64,000 bases of DNA, from assembly GCF_009914755.1 (NCBI RefSeq), contig NC_060947.1; one strand, written 5' to 3'. Each line of letters starts with the position of its first letter. Position 1 is the stretch's first letter. The translations under genes and the position numbers were made by a program. Positions 59,197 to 64,000 of this stretch are shown piece by piece. This stretch comes from the human T2T-CHM13v2.0 reference genome, Homo sapiens. Under the pieces are notes generated by a model. That model had not been told where the DNA came from. It worked only from the letters and a program-made list of their open reading frames with translations, and did no database searches.

Positions 59197-60299
59197 GGGC
59201 CAAAAACATTACTTATAAGCAGACTGTTACATCATCTCCCGTTTTATTGTTTTATTCATTTATTCAAATGATATTAGACATTTCAATGCACAAGGCTGAA
59301 AGGTACAAAGTTATACAACACATATGGCTCAACTTATTACACTTTAATTATTAATCAACAGATGGTCAAAGTAATTTTTGCAAGTACTTTTTAAAGAAGA
59401 ACTAAATAATATTTTGTGCATGAACACTGCCTTCCTTAATAATCTTACAAACTTAGCTTTGGAATTCTGAAGCCTAGAAATCTCCAATTCATTTGATAAT
59501 TGTTTTTCAAAATATTTGACCAATTGTTTCTTATATAGTAGATACTATACTTCACCGTATCTTGAAATTCTAGAAAATGTTCTTCCTTCTCACTAGTAAC
59601 TAGTCAGCTGTACCTGTGATTAGCATAACTTAGAGCTCTTTCATTTTTAGTATATTAAATAAAACCATGATGTGAGAAAACAAAAAGGGTTGAGCCTGTG
59701 CCTATTCACTGCTGTGTTATACATAGACACATGCATGTATGTTTGGTCTCAAATATATGCCATTATAAAAAGTAAAAAATGGTGAAAAATTGGCCAAGCA
59801 TTATTTTTATTGCCCCCCAAAAAATTTCAAACATTGTAATAAATTTCATTTACATAAAACATGTGGACTAAATGCAGCTGTTCATAAATATCAGTCATTA
59901 CAATAAATATGCACTTATTTAACCAAACTATTGCCATTTTGCCCCAAACTATTACTATCCCACTTCTGAGATTATGTGGAATTCAAAACTGCCAGTAGGT
60001 AGAAATAAGTAATTTTTGAAGAAAGGAATTTAGGTCTTCTAAAATATTTTGAATTTCATCAACATACATTTTCAAGAAATCTATTATATTCAAAGTATTT
60101 TAATGGATTATCCAGGAAATTTGAAAGATAGAAAATTCATGAATTCTGCTTCTAATTTGGAATAAGAAAGTAAATAATAGAAGTACAAAGTAATTGCATT
60201 GCTGAACAGAATTTAAAATGTGTTCCTCTAATTGGCACAACCAGTTGTTTAACATGTTCAGATTTTTAAAATCATATAATATTGGAGGATAAGGCAATT

Positions 60300-60760
60300 C
60301 TCTTTAAATAGGAAACTGAATTAATTATGCATAGGATTTCAATAGCTGGAAATGAGGGAATGGGGAAGAGTATTCGGGGCAGTGGGAATATGTAGAATAA
60401 ACATGCAGAGGTAGGGACACATTAGCGATGTCTTGGCAACAGTGGCTTTGTGTGTCTTAGAGAGAGTAGAGTAGTGAAAACTAAGATGAAACTGGTAGAT
60501 TGTACATAGAAAACTGAGGGATCATCAACAGCAAACTAGAAAACCTGGCCTTCATTCAATAGACTAGAGAGTAAATACTTTTCAATGAGAGGGTGACACC
60601 ATCAAAATTTTATTAAAGTAAATTCTTTAAGTACAGAATGGATTGCTGGAGGAAAACTTGAGAGAAATAGGAGGCTAGGACCATAATCCAGATATAAAGT
60701 GTTCAAGATCTAAGGTACAACTGTGTACGGGGGAAATGAAAACAAGTCAATGAATGACAA
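60300..60760. mobile_element. Degenerate L2 fragment
   Basis: gggaagagtattcggggcagtgggaa...catgcagaggtaggga...gagggtgacaccatcaaa. Confidence 0.5.
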
Positions 60761-63526
60761 AAATTCTAAGATGGATCAAAAATGACTTCATTCAATTTTC
60801 AAATCATTTACTCCACAGTCTTTGGAAATGCCTATATACAAAGTTATGTGCTACAGCCTTAGGATATAAAGATTAATAAACTGACAATAAAACAAAGGAG
60901 GAAGAGGACGAAAGAGGACACTGATTGTTCTGCAGCCATGGTAACAAGTAGACACCAACAAAAGTTTCAATCTACCCTATTTATTCATTTAACAATTAGT
61001 TCCTCCATGATTCTTATCATGCTTCCCCCAGCCAACCAGCAGCAAACACTCCCTTCTGAAACTTTGCCAGAGTGGATTCACTTCAATGAAGATAATTCTC
61101 AAACTAATTAACAATGGTCTCACCTGAGTTACCACGCTTCTAAAGCTATCATCATCCTATTCCCAATCTGAAATGTTCTTAGATTGCTGGACTTCTGACT
61201 CCCCCCGCAAAACCTAAGAATACGCTCCTTTCAGAGACTGTGGTTGACCAGGAGCATTCCCTCTTATTTAAGATGTTATGAAGCCCAAATCCAATGTTTA
61301 GTAAAACTGTAAAGTTTGTTGAACCTTAATACCATTACTATGTTGCATTTTTTTGTCATTTTTGTCATATTTTTGCTGTTTCTATCATTAACACAAAAAC
61401 AAACCTAGTTGTAGGAGACCATTTGTATACTATTAACAGGAAGCCAGAAGAATTTACTTAGAAGGAAAAAGCATTTATCACTTATTCCATATGTGCTAAG
61501 TGATTGTCATGTGCTATAGAATATACTTAGACTATGTTAGATTATGAGTATATAGCAGATGAGCCACCCCATAATTATAAACATTACTTTTTATGGGAAA
61601 TCAAAATAAATGTTATGGACTTCGGGGTAATCCTCATTTATGATGACTGCACTAAGGCCAATTCCTGGCACTCTGTGATCACCTAAGTATTTGTTAAGAA
61701 ACTCAATACAGAGGACAGTTAAAGTCATAGAAATTGATGAGAATTATGTAAGACAGTGACTAAAGGCAATGGTATGATAATGAGTACTATAAAGTATTTG
61801 AGGAGTATGAAAATGATGGGATGTAATTTATACTTCTTATTACACGACATTAAGATTTTATGAAATGAGAGCAGTGGCTGAATCCCCAAAGTAAGAACTT
61901 AACAATTACATGAACGTAATTTTACACCAAGACTCTACTACATAAAATGCTCACGGACACCAGATTTTAATAATTGCTTATCCAATCTTTGAAGCCGTCT
62001 CAGAATGAAAATAGTGAGAACTCACAATACTGCTAGAGATTTTACTTTATGAACAATAACACCGTTTCTGATGAGTGTTTCATATTTGAGGATACTATGG
62101 AACAAATAAATCATTTAGCGAAATTTGATCATTTTTCGAATAAAGAAGTTGAACCTCATGGCGGTCTGAAGGCAAATTCAAAGGCTAGTCAAAATCAGAT
62201 TAGAAACCAGTCATTGCACTACACTGCCATGGTACCTTAACCTCATTCTCTCAGATACTATCTCAGTGTATTTGAAGACCAAGTATCGCACAAAGTTTGC
62301 TTTCAACATGCCCTCACCCCAAGAAAGTCAATGTGAGTAAGTAAGATGAAAGCAGTGCCTTCAACAAAACTAATCTTGGGCAGTCAACCTCAGGGAAGTC
62401 CGATTAGCCAGTCGCTGGGTGTAACCTTCAAACACCGCTGGGAAATCTAAAGAAGAGGCTCTACTGTCTAAATTTCAGGCCAAGTTTCTGCCAAGGGACA
62501 GGCAGGAATGGAAATACAGAATTATAATGCATAGCATGTGTAATTGAAAACAAGCAAGATTTCAAAGATAGCAGGTATAAATGTGCACTCACAAAGCTTT
62601 AGTTGGTCAGTCTTTTAAGAGTTTTATTAAACAACAAAAACTGTGAGAGGATGTCATTTAGAAACCATGATGAGCATCAACCTCCCCACAGGGTTTGTAT
62701 TAGGAAACAAAAATAAATAAATTCACTGAGAAGAAAAGGAATAGAGAAACTGGAAAGAAGGCACTTCTGGTCATAAACTAGCCATAGCCAGAATGCTCAA
62801 AATATGAAAACAGAAAGGCCTATATGTTGGCACAACCAAAACCTATGGTTGTAAACAATAACCTAATTCATTGATGTGATATTCTAAAAGGACAAAGTGC
62901 TGGAAGTAAAGTGGATTATTTTTTGAGGCTTGCATACGAAGAGATTTATGTTATAATATCATCTGATATCTAAATGCTGGAGTTTCTAAGTTGTAGACCA
63001 TATCATGGCAATGGACTAATTCATTAAAGCATGATATTGTTATTTTTAATATTTTGTATTTGGCATTCAGCACTGACTGCATTGTACATACATGTATTCT
63101 CTACTTACAAGTCACTATATACAATAGATATACAACATTTTAATTAAAATTTGCACAACTCCTCCCATGTTAAATTTTTTAACATTCTGCAAGATATGTT
63201 CTGCCTTAGCTAAATTAAGTACTCCTTAATTAATCCATTTTTAGCACTTCATTCACTGATACAAGCAGTTGCTTTTACCATTTAGTAACAATGCTTCTCA
63301 TTAAAGGACGGTAAAATGTCATAATGGAAATAATTTGCGTTGATGAAGATGATTGAATTTCATCATAAAATTAATAACGATAAAAAGTAATGGCCTATAT
63401 TTATCCAGGAGAAACACAAAACAATTTTATCTTTTGCACTTTCCATTACGCTTTTCAACATGCTTATGGTGTAACTAGCAGAAAACTATCACCATCATCT
63501 TGTTACAAGTAGAAAACAGTGGCTCA

Positions 63527-63660
63527 GGCTGGGCGCTTTAGCTCATGCCTGTAATCCCAGCACTTCGGGAGGACGAGGCAGGTGCATCGCCTGAGGTTAG
63601 GAATTTGACACCAGCCTGGCCAACACGGTGAAAAGCCGTCTCAACTAAAAATATAAAAAT
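63527..63660 (+). mobile_element. Alu left monomer, interrupted at the A-rich linker
   Basis: ggctgggcgctttagctcatgcctgtaatcccagcac...aactaaaaatataaaaat. Confidence 0.92.
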
Positions 63661-64000
63661 TTCTCCACATCCTCTCCGGCACCTGTTGTTTCCTGACTTT
63701 TTAATGATCGCCATTCTAACTGGTGTGAGATGGTATCTCATTGTGGTTTTGATTTGCATTTCTCTGATGGCCAGTGATGATGAGCATTTTTTCATGTGTT
63801 TTTTGGCTGAATAAATGTCTCAGGGATCTAGAACTAGAAATACCATTTGAGCCAGCCATCCCATTACTGGGTATATACCCAAAGGACTATAAATCATGCT
63901 GCTATAAAGACACATGCACACGTATGTTTACTGCAGCACTATTCACAATAGCAAAGACTTGGAACCAACCCAAATGTCCAACAATGATAGACTGGATTAA
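63661..64000 (+). mobile_element. Young L1PA (L1PA2/3-like) with a 5' inversion; runs off the window end
   Basis: 63661-63820 is antisense ORF2 ([28 protein letters not shown] on the minus strand); from 63819 it is sense (ctcagggatctagaactagaaatacc). Confidence 0.95.

Overview
AT-rich, repeat-laden primate (human-like) genomic DNA from inside the X-linked dystrophin gene DMD, which runs on the minus strand. It contains exon 8 (57107-57288), exon 9 (55863-55991), exon 10 (2955-3143) and exon 11 (2123-2304), all with GT-AG boundaries. It also covers all of intron 8 (~1.1 kb), intron 9 (~52.7 kb) and intron 10 (650 bp), plus parts of introns 7 and 11. Nearly all ORFs in the supplied track derive from Alu or L1 or are chance. 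The most notable unexplained signal is a ~1.3-kb segment at 3666-4989, about 0.5 kb upstream of exon 10. It reads on the DMD strand as a decayed ~440-codon frame with a phase-0 acceptor, a Kozak ATG, two candidate donors and mostly TGA stops, so it is a candidate lost giant cassette exon or alternative first exon of dystrophin. Other points of interest: a latent MIR-derived poison pseudoexon bracketed by inverted Alus, an exon 9 end that mimics a 3' splice site, two inverted L1s sharing an unusual sequence patch, and a twin-primed L1 inside an Alu. Repeat subfamily names come from recalled consensus sequences, and boundaries of old repeats are approximate.
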